Assembly (NCBI GenBank): GCA_964371245.1
Contig: CAYJKP010000002.1
Location: forward strand, 102,960 to 166,959
Reading direction: 5' to 3'
Length of the DNA stretch: 64,000 nt
Origin: an uncultured Gammaproteobacteria bacterium
GTDB lineage: Bacteria > Patescibacteriota > Patescibacteriia > JAHIZJ01
The translations under genes and the position numbers were made by a program. The notes under the pieces are model-generated. The model was not told the DNA's origin. It saw nothing but the letters and a program-made list of their open reading frames with translations, and did no database searches. Shown here in pieces: positions 27,601 to 37,638 of the stretch. Each line of letters starts with the position of its first letter. Positions within the stretch are counted from its first letter, which is position 1.

Positions 27601-30600
27601 ACATCGGAATCCGGTATTTCGTTCGGCACACACACGTATAAACATTTGTCTTGATGGCCGCCGCCGCGGACGGCTTTTTCGCAGAGCTTGCGATGATAGC
27701 CAAGCTCTTCACAGGAATAGTGGCTGGCGTAATTGCAATTGCCGTTGGAAAGACCATATGGTCGTCGGAATTCATAGAATGACCCTTGGAGACAGTAGTA
27801 GAGCGGCGCGTCGCCAAAATAACCGACCAGCTGATCCGTATCATCGGCCTCGCCGGAAATGATATCAACCGGCCACCACTGCAAACAAACGCTGCGATTT
27901 TGCGGGTCGGTTTCGAGACAGTAGCCTTTCCAGCCGCGATAAATCTTCCGGGCCGTACCGGTGGTCTTGGTATAGTCGCATGTTAACGAATTCGATTCCG
28001 GATAGAGTCGACAGGATCTGACCACAAACCGCGGATCGTTCGGAAGCTCGGGCGGCATCTGCGTGGATTTCTTTTCCAGCAAGGTCTGGAACATCACGTC
28101 ATCAACCTGGAATTTTTGCAGCCCGGCGTTCCCGCCCGCGTCCACAATACTGAGATAGGTATTTTTAAATACGCCACTGACGACCATCGCATTACCAAGC
28201 GGCAAGGTAAAGATCTGCCAATTCATCGTGGCCGTAACCGTGCCAAAAACCTGACATGGCCCCGCATCATCGTTATAACAAAGCTGAACTTTTATCTTAG
28301 AATCTTGATCAGCCCGCAATTTCAGGCTTATAACCAACGGCTGGTTATCAAATATGAGCGAATCGAGATTAATCTTCGCTCCCGAATCGGCTCCGGTCAA
28401 ACCGCCTACCTCCATCACCCAATTCTGTTTTGTCGGATCAAGCGGGTCTTCGACAGCCTTCAGGGCATTCGGCGGGTTGATGTTCCGCGGCTCCCACGGT
28501 GAGGAGTTTTTAAACTGAAAGTCGTAATTCGGTAAATTCATACCGATGCCGATTTCTTGCATCGATCCGGTTGGGTAATACCCATGGATGACTTGGCAGA
28601 CGTTGCTCTCGCCGACACACTGATCGCAATAGGTCGGATTATTGAGATCGCAAGCCGTGTTATTTGGGCATACGCCGCCGGGGCAATCGTCTGGTTTTTG
28701 GCAGAGCAGTCCGTCCTTGTCGCCGCCCTGACAGATGCCATCGCGCCAGCAGACCGTGTTCGGATCTTCGCTGCATCGCCAATTATAGCCGACCCGCGCA
28801 TAGCCTGAATAATTTACGGAGTTGTCAACTTCCGTTTTGTGATCAAACGTCAAGTCAGTCGGGTGGTTCGGAGGTGTCACTAGTCGATTCATGTACTCGA
28901 CGGTCGGGGTGGCATTTTCAAATTTCGGCGTTCGAATGCAATGTGAAGTCAAACCGCAATCGGCATCGATGAGACAAGGTCGCGAGGGATCGTTTTCACA
29001 TTGCCCTTCGCCGACCGGCTTGATACATTGGCCGGACGTGCCTAGCTGACGGCAATTTCCAATATCATAACAGGTCAATTCCTTCGAACCATCGCTTTTC
29101 TCCACTTCGTAGCTCGTCTTGCAATACAACCACTGATTACAGACCCGATCACGATCAACTTTATAGACGCTGTTGGAATCGGCCGTGCAACCGCCGCCAG
29201 TGCACGTTTCGGGCGTTCCTCGGTTTGTATCCAGTTTCGCGTATGTCAAATCGCTATCATAGGTGAGACCCTGTGAATTAGTGGTGTCGTTGAATAGAAT
29301 GCAGCCCTCGTCTTTATTAACCACCCCGGCACAACTCGCCGAATCGATAGTGCTATCAATATAGTAGTAGGGCTGGCAGCCAGACAGATAATCAGGCGGG
29401 AGAGCGCCGTTCTGGTAGGGCCGGCACTGTTGATCCGTCCGGTAAAACTCGCCTTGGTCGTTATATTCAGCCCGACAATTCGCGTTGCAGCCTTGGAAAA
29501 CACAGGTGCTTTGAGGACAGTCGGCGTTGATTTTACAATTCTGTCCCCCGCTCGGGCCAGCTAAACAGACGCCATCTGGCGTTACTTTATCCGGTGACGG
29601 CGTTTGGGGATCGCGGTACTCACTGCAACCGCTGGCTCCATTTTGACATTTACCAACCCAATACTCGGTACATTTCTGACCTTCCGGACACTGACCGTCG
29701 TCTTGGCATATTCTTTCCGCGCAGTAGCCGTCGTTCGAACTGTTCGCGTCGGCGCAGCCATATGCGGCATCGTTTGGATCGGCGTCAGAATCGCAGGCTT
29801 GCCCGGCGCGTATTCCGCCATAGCAGACTTCCGTCAAGTCGGAGCATAAACCGTCGTTATTGCCACCCGCCTGATCACAGCCATAGAGTGGATCCTTCGG
29901 ATCAACTTGCGAATTACATTTTTCTCCGGCCCGATAGCCACCGCGGCACGTTTCTTGCAGCCGTGGTCCGCAGACCTTCGTCGGCATTGGCGATTCTGGA
30001 TATTGCTCGCAAAGGCCGCCGTCACATGACGCGAGATCGCCCGGCCCGAAACACGCCACGCCCGGATTGTTTCCGCCAATACAGGAGTATTTTTGGACGG
30101 GGCAAAATTTATCCGTCCCACTCTTCAGCCAAGCATCATAGACCTCGCCTTGATATTTGAGACTCTTTCGAAAATCGCAGACTTGGGCGTTTGGCTGCTT
30201 AAACTGCGTAAAACTTCCGGAATCTGCGCCAATCTGGAATTGATCACAGAATGTTTCTTCTTTCGTACAGAGTGTTTGGTCGTATTCGTCGGGATTATTG
30301 ATGAGATAGGTTGTCTTAAACTTCGTTACCCGGCCTTCCACGTCAAAGCTCGGCAAACCGAGGCCTTCGCAGCCTTTCGCTTTGGCTTGGCATTTGTACT
30401 TCGCCGCGTTGACGATCGGCCGGACATTGTCCGCCTCTACTCTTACGCCTTTGTCTGCCGGCTCATAAGGAAAGGCGGTGGTCGAGTTGTTCGTTTCGAT
30501 GGCGGCGGTACAACCGACTTTCTCAGGTCGGCAGAGATTCGTGAAACTCTGGATATATTGATCGTTTCCTTCACTGTCCGTATAGAGCGAGCAACCAACC

Positions 30601-33600
30601 CATTGCGCCGGGCATTCTTGGTAGGTTTTATATCGGAGATAGACGCTATCGCGGGTTTCCCAAACCGTAATATTATCGATGAAAAAGCCGGCGCCCGCTT
30701 CAATCGTCAGCACCTCGGCCGGGTCAGGCGCGCCAATAAAATGGGCTGGGCCAAGAACATAATGATTCCAATTCTCGTTGGTTGCGGTCACGCCCGCGAC
30801 TGGCACAAAGTCGATTGCTGGATTCGGTGCAAATTTCACCGTGATCTGGGCGTCGTCCGCTTCAGCCTTCGCCCAGAATTCAATCATGTAATCCTTGCCG
30901 TCTTCAACCAGCTCGCTGACGGCCGTTGACATACTGGGGGTTACTTTGGCTGAGCCGCCGCCGGCCTTCAGCGATTCAGTGCTCCAGGTGACATTACCAG
31001 CCCAGCCAGCCGTATCGCCGTCATCAAAATTATCCGTGATAATCTTCCGGATATTGTATCCGGTGCTCCCCCGATACTCACGACAGGCCGCCTGGTTAGC
31101 CGGACAGCGTATGCCCTGATCGGGGATCGCATTGTAAATTGTGTTATCGAGGGTGTTCCTGAGCGGGTGGCAGTCTTCCGAGCAGGTGATGGTGTTAAAC
31201 ATCGGGCAATAGTAACTGTTGCCACTCTGATCATAGTATTGGGTGCAGCCGAAATCATTCGGGTCGCAACCACACGCCCCGCCCGGCGTCATTTCCGGCG
31301 GCGCATTCGTACCGCCCTTCAGGTCTTCGGCTACCAGTTCAAATCCATTAACATCGTCGCCTTCCCAGCGATAGTACGTCGCGCAGGTCGGATTCGGCTG
31401 TTCACAGCGGCGGATGGCGCTGTAATACTCAAGCCCCTCGCCGCCCTGGGCGACGATATCAAGATTGGTGTATTCCTCACAACCGACATAAGCTGCGTCG
31501 CAGGTTTTCCCCGTCGTGGCGATAAAAGTCGTCGACAATATTCCCGACCGGTCAACCAAGGCCTGGTCGGTGCCGTTTGATACGGGCATCTGCTGATAAT
31601 CTTTGCACCCGACAAATTCAGCCGGACAATAGTCGTCCGAGGTTACCACCGCCGGCACCTTGTCGCCTTTTTCATCAGGCGTATACATGTCGCACCCGAT
31701 TTCATCTACCCGGCAAGCGATCGAATCCTTCGACAAGCTGACGCTCACCTGGTCAAATTGTCCGCCGCTTAATAAAACCCTGATAAACGCCGCGTCCGGT
31801 TTATCGGCCTCAACCCCAAAGGTAACAAAATCCCATCGGCCGGTATTTGTTTCACGCTGGGCGCGCGGATCGGCGCCAACGACCGTCAGGTCACAGTCGG
31901 CAACCACGGCCCGGTTCTTATCACGACATTCGGTGAGGAGCGGGGTAGCGCCGCCGCCTTTCACCCAAGCCGAGACATCATAGCGCGTACCATAGACGAT
32001 CGGCACGTCCTGATATCCGCCGGAGCCGGAGTAATAATCCCCATATCCTTGAGCGGCATCGATGGCGGTACCAACCCAGCCGTCGGCCAGATGATCGCCA
32101 GCGACATAATTGTCATTCGTGTCGTCTTTATAATAATCATGCCCGCTGTCGATACTAAAGCTGGAATTCGAAATGTAATTTTCCGCCTTATTTTTCAAAT
32201 ACGCTTGGTTAGCCGTGTCGTACATCGCGTGGGCCGTGACGTCGCCCAATTCAAGCTGTACGCCATCGAGCGTGATCTCGCAATTCGGAGTAATCTTAAA
32301 AGCTACCTGGTTTGGATTTGCGGTCGGGGCAGGCGGATCGGTTTCTCCAACCTCGCCAAACTGACCGGTCACGACAACTCTCGACCAGCCGTCAGCGCTC
32401 ACCCGGTGGGAATCCAGCGGATCGACGTAATTCATCCAAGCCCCGCCGGTGTGGTTTCCGCCGATCTCAACGTGGACATTGTCGCATGCGCCTTTTGCAA
32501 AGAAAGAAGCGGTAAATTTCTTATGATAGACCGGCGACTCAGTATCGAAATAATACGCCACCTCGCCGCTTGTCCGAACGGCATAGGTACCGTCCGTGGC
32601 ATCGGTTGTTGCGAAGGCGTCACTGGCGAACTCCCATTTCCACTGCGAGTAATCAGCCGCGAAGACGTCTGGATCATTATCGTCGACTATCCCGGCAAAC
32701 GTTTCAAAGCTCGAATTGGCCGCGAGATTACTCCCGGCGATAACAGGAATGTATTCCGTGCAACCGCGGTCGCCACTCGAGCACTTCGTGGCATTATTAT
32801 CCAGACGGATCTGGTCGCCGGCAGCGAGATAATCAGGCTCGGCCGGGTTGACCAAATGCTCCGGGGAGCTGCAGACAAAGCCTTTTTCCTTATTGTCATA
32901 ATTCTGGCAGTACCACTGACAGCCGGCATTATCCGCCGAACAGGAATCGTGATTGACCGTGCTTTCAATGAAAGATGCTTCCTTTTTCTTTGAATCAACA
33001 AAAGTTTGACAGGTATTTTCATAGGCCTGGCAAGCAGTTCCGGAAAACCGCCAGATCGGTTTTTCCTCAGCGCAGTAGCCATAGAACAAGCAGGTGCCAT
33101 CTTCGGCTTCCTGTATGCAGGTACGTTCATCCGCGCAATAGCTCCCCCGTTCAACCTGCCGTGACGGCGTATCGCGAGAATCAATCACGCCGTCATTGTT
33201 CGTGTCGTCTAACTGGACTAGCGCATCGGCCACCAGTTGCTCGCCCGGCCCTTCCTTTTTGCAATATGTTTCAGGCGCCTTCAACACCCAATTTGGGTCA
33301 ATAAGATGATAAAACGGATTGTCTATTTGAACGCCTTGGGGGTTGGTCCATTTTTCATCATCATAGAGATCAACCAGTTCTTTCAGTCCAAATCCCTGGG
33401 CCGGTACAACATAATTTTTGATATAGAGCGCGGCCGCTTCCCAGGTCGAGGGGATGACGCGATATTTGCGCAGGATAACCAAGCTGCGGTAGGGATAGCC
33501 GTTGGTATATTCCGGCTCTTGTCCATTTTGATCAAAACCAAACGTGCCGGTACTGTTGAGCGAGCCTTCTTCAAGGGCTTGCTTCACCGTGATCCGGCGG

Positions 33601-34676
33601 TTAATCGCGTCCGCGAAGTTCTCGTCGATCACGCAATTATTTGTCACGCGGTACTCGCTTGGACAGGCGGCGAGCGTGCTCACGATATCGACCGGCCCGC
33701 GCGCTCGGAAGGTTGGTCGGACGAGCTCGGCAAAATACCGTTTGGCCGCGGAAACACCGCTGGTTGTCATTTCAAAGCTATCCCCGCTGCCCGACGGCAG
33801 GATTCCTTTTTCAAAAATTGTTTTATAGAGCCGATTGATTAAGGTGTTAGTGAATAGGGAAAACGCATCGGCCAGCGGCTCGCCCGTATAGACTTTGTCG
33901 GCGGCCGTACTTTCTTGGATTGATAGGTTGGCGACCGTGTTGATGTATTCTTTTGGCGTTTTTGTTATGCCGGTTACCAAATCCTTCACGCCGAGAAAGG
34001 AGCTGGCCGTCTGCTCCAAGCGCATTTTCGCTTCCGCTTTTGCGACCGCCTTTTCGGTTTCATCCATGATCAAGAAATAGGCGCCGATTTGCGATGAGTT
34101 GACATCGAAGACATGCTGAAAATCCACCATGTCCTGAAGCGACATCTTGGATATCTTGTTGAAATTCTTGGCCATGTTTGTCACCGGACAGGAAGCTTTT
34201 GGTTCGAGCGTTTGCTTGGCATAGACACCGAGCCTTAAACGAATGGCCGGGTCAAATGATATCGTACACAAGCTCTCGCCGAATAGGCTCTGAAATTCTG
34301 TATCGAGAAATTCACCAGCCGCGCCGTCAACAACCTGAGTGAGATACTTCCCAGGATTCGAAATAAAGAGTGGTTTTTGCCCTTTGCCGCCCGAGCCGAT
34401 ATAGACGGCGGTATCATAGGCGATCTTATTTAAGAAATATGAAAGGCCTTTTTTCCAAGCCACGGCCGCGGCGCTTTTCAGCACCTTTAATATGGCATCG
34501 GTGACATTGCGATGTTCTTGGGCGACGTCTTCAACGGGGATAACGGCTTGAACCTTGGTTGGGACAAAATAAAACACTCCCAAGCTAAGAACGAGTGAGA
34601 GCGATAACATAACGCCGACGACAAGAGAGCGTATTTTTTTAGCTCGGCTTTTTATTTGAGGATGGCTCTGTGGCAT
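24621..34676 (-). CDS. Giant (3351 aa) secreted Cys-rich surface protein
   Basis: Signal/TM then 'IPVED'; CBM4/9-like modules (NSSFE, NYDFQ); Ca-binding DDTNNDG; many C-x-GG..G..C...DC..G.C modules; PKD-like C-terminus (VDWG..HDY..VEDNW). Confidence 0.85.
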   Translation of the reverse strand: MPQSHPQIKSRAKKIRSLVVGVMLSLSLVLSLGVFYFVPTKVQAVIPVEDVAQEHRNVTDAILKVLKSAAAVAWKKGLSYFLNKIAYDTAVYIGSGGKGQKPLFISNPGKYLTQVVDGAAGEFLDTEFQSLFGESLCTISFDPAIRLRLGVYAKQTLEPKASCPVTNMAKNFNKISKMSLQDMVDFQHVFDVNSSQIGAYFLIMDETEKAVAKAEAKMRLEQTASSFLGVKDLVTGITKTPKEYINTVANLSIQESTAADKVYTGEPLADAFSLFTNTLINRLYKTIFEKGILPSGSGDSFEMTTSGVSAAKRYFAELVRPTFRARGPVDIVSTLAACPSEYRVTNNCVIDENFADAINRRITVKQALEEGSLNSTGTFGFDQNGQEPEYTNGYPYRSLVILRKYRVIPSTWEAAALYIKNYVVPAQGFGLKELVDLYDDEKWTNPQGVQIDNPFYHLIDPNWVLKAPETYCKKEGPGEQLVADALVQLDDTNNDGVIDSRDTPSRQVERGSYCADERTCIQEAEDGTCLFYGYCAEEKPIWRFSGTACQAYENTCQTFVDSKKKEASFIESTVNHDSCSADNAGCQWYCQNYDNKEKGFVCSSPEHLVNPAEPDYLAAGDQIRLDNNATKCSSGDRGCTEYIPVIAGSNLAANSSFETFAGIVDDNDPDVFAADYSQWKWEFASDAFATTDATDGTYAVRTSGEVAYYFDTESPVYHKKFTASFFAKGACDNVHVEIGGNHTGGAWMNYVDPLDSHRVSADGWSRVVVTGQFGEVGETDPPAPTANPNQVAFKITPNCEITLDGVQLELGDVTAHAMYDTANQAYLKNKAENYISNSSFSIDSGHDYYKDDTNDNYVAGDHLADGWVGTAIDAAQGYGDYYSGSGGYQDVPIVYGTRYDVSAWVKGGGATPLLTECRDKNRAVVADCDLTVVGADPRAQRETNTGRWDFVTFGVEADKPDAAFIRVLLSGGQFDQVSVSLSKDSIACRVDEIGCDMYTPDEKGDKVPAVVTSDDYCPAEFVGCKDYQQMPVSNGTDQALVDRSGILSTTFIATTGKTCDAAYVGCEEYTNLDIVAQGGEGLEYYSAIRRCEQPNPTCATYYRWEGDDVNGFELVAEDLKGGTNAPPEMTPGGACGCDPNDFGCTQYYDQSGNSYYCPMFNTITCSEDCHPLRNTLDNTIYNAIPDQGIRCPANQAACREYRGSTGYNIRKIITDNFDDGDTAGWAGNVTWSTESLKAGGGSAKVTPSMSTAVSELVEDGKDYMIEFWAKAEADDAQITVKFAPNPAIDFVPVAGVTATNENWNHYVLGPAHFIGAPDPAEVLTIEAGAGFFIDNITVWETRDSVYLRYKTYQECPAQWVGCSLYTDSEGNDQYIQSFTNLCRPEKVGCTAAIETNNSTTAFPYEPADKGVRVEADNVRPIVNAAKYKCQAKAKGCEGLGLPSFDVEGRVTKFKTTYLINNPDEYDQTLCTKEETFCDQFQIGADSGSFTQFKQPNAQVCDFRKSLKYQGEVYDAWLKSGTDKFCPVQKYSCIGGNNPGVACFGPGDLASCDGGLCEQYPESPMPTKVCGPRLQETCRGGYRAGEKCNSQVDPKDPLYGCDQAGGNNDGLCSDLTEVCYGGIRAGQACDSDADPNDAAYGCADANSSNDGYCAERICQDDGQCPEGQKCTEYWVGKCQNGASGCSEYRDPQTPSPDKVTPDGVCLAGPSGGQNCKINADCPQSTCVFQGCNANCRAEYNDQGEFYRTDQQCRPYQNGALPPDYLSGCQPYYYIDSTIDSASCAGVVNKDEGCILFNDTTNSQGLTYDSDLTYAKLDTNRGTPETCTGGGCTADSNSVYKVDRDRVCNQWLYCKTSYEVEKSDGSKELTCYDIGNCRQLGTSGQCIKPVGEGQCENDPSRPCLIDADCGLTSHCIRTPKFENATPTVEYMNRLVTPPNHPTDLTFDHKTEVDNSVNYSGYARVGYNWRCSEDPNTVCWRDGICQGGDKDGLLCQKPDDCPGGVCPNNTACDLNNPTYCDQCVGESNVCQVIHGYYPTGSMQEIGIGMNLPNYDFQFKNSSPWEPRNINPPNALKAVEDPLDPTKQNWVMEVGGLTGADSGAKINLDSLIFDNQPLVISLKLRADQDSKIKVQLCYNDDAGPCQVFGTVTATMNWQIFTLPLGNAMVVSGVFKNTYLSIVDAGGNAGLQKFQVDDVMFQTLLEKKSTQMPPELPNDPRFVVRSCRLYPESNSLTCDYTKTTGTARKIYRGWKGYCLETDPQNRSVCLQWWPVDIISGEADDTDQLVGYFGDAPLYYCLQGSFYEFRRPYGLSNGNCNYASHYSCEELGYHRKLCEKAVRGGGHQDKCLYVCVPNEIPDSDVCEYWSHSGGGGENLQYNWWDSNHQNGLNPIAPGVWQPFDGWLSHNHLGEAWPGNIGEVLAFRCDVIGQTVDPSGANKAWAERIKGNYSQIWDLGVTFDDDANPYGSLTYPGSVGHAGNNVTNVPGDPATWDTDYTSVWGNPYEMTKDLGSKYQPIIYLWWDPQQQTGGGSFSPFAQDWGWSPYRGVEHGFDEVDYLSYPRAGVPYSCKHKANKRLYSWGWWTGFRYDRSEITICDDVFPNRYTTTEQFSGPLTPGEPPPPNQPPTNYTATGGGLGLRRIQRIFADVYGVWVWSDGKCVDITTMGCFKANDPQYPFRGTGCENNDECNIGNGVCSGQLCISIDPDNPSPMTPCGCAAGEVCELSQRCSNDPTIPCGLGACPGGGNACVAQRCVGGTDAGSDQCNIANNCPTGSTCLTQGALKKCVSNVPAACDCPNEGSCVNISICRDTGEECNGGQNCSKYCDNNVDGWGDYPGTQCIDDSNCNAGIFCLYANPAQVCWNRPRCSGDHTQTCQPANACPAGYSCNANSKCTYDAVGQCDCRSGFCADGVCSNQATTLCASNNQPTNPCPGGAACLGNADICRLNNARCDAGVCNGGVCEEKERCSTSGLPCGSGSCEVGSSCVDKVCVGGTNAGRPCSGQGDCPEGSCAEAICGWNENGNPPGCGYWCGQACASDSNCTGISGGSCIQYNGICTGGELLGNPCRVGQDAADCCEVPGACAPGVVAECADWECEGGIRSGDNCTLGHIQAQHGQSKQLQYCNGLPDSAPDPTEAKYEPDLSLNSFKAAYSDAFEAMDQCKVHNGSNGMSDNRPNDITGFPFDFCWAQPTVFNIKINGRTGPVQIKNGSGTATVTFNSMVDPEQMPIKKFVVDWGNNHWESFPKNPGIPPRSDPNGPYHTLTHDYTYGDCGAAGGGPDTCFVRVFVEDNWDKGSGYCDNDGTDCSSDLNCGGGTCVGACRGGTTPLNICQNQGQCQGAGAYCNSLFDGSVVITQ

Positions 34677-34683
34677 GGTCGAA

Positions 34684-35526
34684 CTATTGATTTACACCGT
34701 TGATCGACTCAAGAAAGATGGCCTTGAGCGTCGTGTCGTCAATCTGTGACAGCGTCTCCGCCGGCACGCCCGAGGCAATCATTAATTCCCTGATTTCGGC
34801 CGGCGTGAGCTGGCTCAATTGCGCCAGCGTCTGCTGGTCGGTTTCGTTCAAGTTCGAGGCGTTCGCATTGTTCGTTACCGGCAGATTGGTGTTGCTGTTT
34901 GCTGACTCTTGAGAAAGCGCGTCAGCGTAGAGCTGCCGGAGCTCGACATCGGACAATGCATTCAGCGTTTCGGTCGGCACGCCAGCCCCCTTGAGCGCTT
35001 CCCGGAGCGCGCCTATGGAAACATTCTCTGGAGCAGGATTGGTATTTGAGTTCCCAGTGGTGTTCGTATTGCCGTTTTGGCTGCTATTCGCGTTGGTTGG
35101 TTGGTTTGTGTTTTCGCCCGCGTTGACGTTCGTGTTTTGGTTGATATTGTAAAAATTTGCGAGATTGCTATAGCCATTCGTGTTCGTCACTGCAATCGCG
35201 CAGGATTTTCCCTGCGGACAATTCGGATCTGTGCCATTCGCCAACTCCATGTTATCTGGAATCCCGTCGCTGTCAGAATCAGCCAGGTAGGGTGACGTGC
35301 GATGAATTTTCAACTCATCAAAATCCGAAAGGGTGTCATTGTCGGTATCCTTGTCACGCAAAGCGAGAATTTCCTTCCGCGCATTTACCGAATCTGAGGA
35401 TGACTCGTCCAGCCCGGTAAACGGACTCTTGAGGGAGCGCGAAAGCTGAAAAATTCCCAAACCTATTCCGAAACATCCCACCACAAAAATGAGCAACCAG
35501 AGAGTTTTTGGCGAGACTTCTTTCAT
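34684..35526 (-). CDS. Membrane-anchored protein with thrombospondin type-3-like Ca-binding repeats
   Basis: DTDNDTLSDFDE, DSDSDGIPD..E..GTDP; Asn/Thr linker; duplicated 'RE....GVP.ETL...D..L' unit. Confidence 0.78.
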   Translation of the reverse strand: MKEVSPKTLWLLIFVVGCFGIGLGIFQLSRSLKSPFTGLDESSSDSVNARKEILALRDKDTDNDTLSDFDELKIHRTSPYLADSDSDGIPDNMELANGTDPNCPQGKSCAIAVTNTNGYSNLANFYNINQNTNVNAGENTNQPTNANSSQNGNTNTTGNSNTNPAPENVSIGALREALKGAGVPTETLNALSDVELRQLYADALSQESANSNTNLPVTNNANASNLNETDQQTLAQLSQLTPAEIRELMIASGVPAETLSQIDDTTLKAIFLESINGVNQ

Positions 35527-35599
35527 TTTGTTTGTCGACTTTTGTTTGGACTTTAAATATAGAAACCAAACTCAGGAACTGTGCACATTTTACCCCACC

Positions 35600-35628
35600 A
35601 TTATATCACAATAGCCCGCGTGTGTCAA
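35600..35628 (-). promoter_or_regulatory. Consensus sigma70 promoter for the giant-protein operon
   Basis: TTGACA-17 (with extended -10 TG)-TATAAT, overlapping the rsmA 3' end. Confidence 0.75.
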
Positions 35629-36475
35629 CTTTATGACTTTTGCCAATATTAGCCATTAAACTGTTTTTGCTGAGTTCGTATAAAGTCTCCCACTGCACCA
35701 AAGAAAGTTCCTGAGCTCGCGCGTTTTGAGATATTTCGCATTTGTCAAATAGCTCTGTTACCGCCTCGCGGGTCAAGTGAAAACCCGCGTCCAGGTTGTT
35801 GTGCAATTGTTTTCGCCGGGCTGAAAAGCCGACGCGGAGAAATCGAAAAAAATCGCGATCGGAGGGTTGCGGTTCTCGTTTGACGATAATGCGCACAACC
35901 GCTGAATCCACCTCGGGCTGGGGCCAAAAGCTCGTTCGCGGTACTGTAAAAAGTTTTTCAACCGCGCCATAGAACTGAACCGAGATCGAGAGGAGACTGT
36001 GCCCGCCGGGCTGAGCGATGATCCGATCGGCGACCTCGGCTTGAACCAGTAGTACCAGCCGCGCGGGTTGCGGTTTTTGCGAAAGAAACTCTCGAATAAT
36101 CAGGCTGGTGAGATAATACGGAATATTCGCGACAACCAGATAGCCACGGTCTGAGAGTACGGGCGGCTGCTGCTTCCGCCAACGAATAACATCGTCTTGT
36201 ATGAACTGGATATTTTTCAGTGTGCCGACATTTTTGTGAAGGAGCGGGATCATGTTCCGATCGTTTTCGATCGTGATAACGCGACCAGCCGCAGGTGCCA
36301 AAAGCCGAGTTAAATTCCCCGGGCCCGACCCGATCTCGAGCACGGTGTCGCTTTTTTTCAGCTCGCCGGCCGCCGCAATCCGTTCCAGAACCTGTTGATC
36401 CAATAAAAAACATTGGCCGCTTTTTTTCGACGGGTGAAGACCAAGTTGGTGGAGCTGCTTTTTTATGTCCATCAC
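35606..36475 (-). CDS. rsmA: 16S rRNA m6,2A dimethyltransferase
   Basis: GQCFL, LEIGSGPG, ANIPYY, P.PEVDS, F..RRKQL. Confidence 0.96.
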   Translation of the reverse strand: MMDIKKQLHQLGLHPSKKSGQCFLLDQQVLERIAAAGELKKSDTVLEIGSGPGNLTRLLAPAAGRVITIENDRNMIPLLHKNVGTLKNIQFIQDDVIRWRKQQPPVLSDRGYLVVANIPYYLTSLIIREFLSQKPQPARLVLLVQAEVADRIIAQPGGHSLLSISVQFYGAVEKLFTVPRTSFWPQPEVDSAVVRIIVKREPQPSDRDFFRFLRVGFSARRKQLHNNLDAGFHLTREAVTELFDKCEISQNARAQELSLVQWETLYELSKNSLMANIGKSHKVDTRGLL

Positions 36476-37638
36476 AAAATATTATACAGCAATGACATGC
36501 CGCCGGCTAACAGAAAGGCGAAAATGAATCCGACCGAGACGCCAAATGCCTGCATAACCACAAAGATGCTCGCGATCGCGACGAGCTTCCCGATCACCAA
36601 CGACATCTCCAGAAAAAGCACCCCTTTCATGATGTCATAGCGCCTCGCCCGATAATAGGTGATCGCGGTCAGCGGCACATAAACCATGTTTTTCGCAATC
36701 CGAGACAACGAATCCAGCAAGAATATCTGGATGCCGGTACCAGCGAACACGCGCAGCGTCCACGACAGCGCATAGAGCGCCGAGCCAAGCTTGATCACCG
36801 GATGCTTGCGGTGTTTGTCGCACACCCGACCAACATAGACCGTCACCAGGGTCGTAACCAACGTGGCAAGCGCCACGACCGTACCGACGGCCAGCGACGT
36901 CTTCATTATTAGGAAGATGAAAACCGGCCATAAAACGAGCACAACCAATTCCTCGCCGAAGCCGAGATAAGCCAGAAACTGGCGGCGGCGATCTTTTTTC
37001 AAAAGCCGACGATAGGCCTTGATATATGAAAAGGAATGCGGCGTATATGGCTGCCGCGAAATTATTAGCGGGAAGTTCGATACCGCGATCAGTGCAATGA
37101 CAACGATAAAAAGCGCCTGGTAACTCGAGAAGGTGATAATCAATCCGCCGACGAGCGGGCCGACAATATAGACAAGGCTGTCAATCACGCGCAGGGTGCT
37201 GATTTCTCTCGCCTGCTCACGTTCATCCGAATAGCGGGCAAAATCGGCATGATAGCCTGGCCAATAAAATGTTTTTTGAAAGGCAAGAAAAACCGGAGCG
37301 AAGAAAATCAGCCAGCGATGCTGCGGCAAGATAAATAGGCTCAAGTAGTAACAAACCAAAAAGAAGGTGCTAAAGAGAATGCTCCGTTCATAGCCACGCG
37401 CGTTGGCGAACTTGGCGCCCAGCGGCATGATTATAAAATACAAACAATAGGTGATGAAAAAGAAAATGAGTATTTGTTGGATGGAAAACTTGAGCGTATA
37501 CAGATAGATCGGCTCAAAGATCATGACGGCGGCCGTGGCCAAGTCCATGATGGCGACCGTCAAATATAATTCTTTCACCGGCCGGGTGAGCCGATGGGCG
37601 AAAAAGTGGGGCAGGTTGTAGCTGAAACGATTAAACAT
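36472..37638 (-). CDS. MFS transporter (YqgE-like)
   Basis: About 12 TMs; 'FYWPGYH', 'VGPLVGG'. Confidence 0.85.
   Translation of the reverse strand: MFNRFSYNLPHFFAHRLTRPVKELYLTVAIMDLATAAVMIFEPIYLYTLKFSIQQILIFFFITYCLYFIIMPLGAKFANARGYERSILFSTFFLVCYYLSLFILPQHRWLIFFAPVFLAFQKTFYWPGYHADFARYSDEREQAREISTLRVIDSLVYIVGPLVGGLIITFSSYQALFIVVIALIAVSNFPLIISRQPYTPHSFSYIKAYRRLLKKDRRRQFLAYLGFGEELVVLVLWPVFIFLIMKTSLAVGTVVALATLVTTLVTVYVGRVCDKHRKHPVIKLGSALYALSWTLRVFAGTGIQIFLLDSLSRIAKNMVYVPLTAITYYRARRYDIMKGVLFLEMSLVIGKLVAIASIFVVMQAFGVSVGFIFAFLLAGGMSLLYNIL

Noticed and set aside
24624-34417. Many short ORFs inside the giant gene
   Set aside because: Shadows of the 10-kb reading frame with no independent signals.
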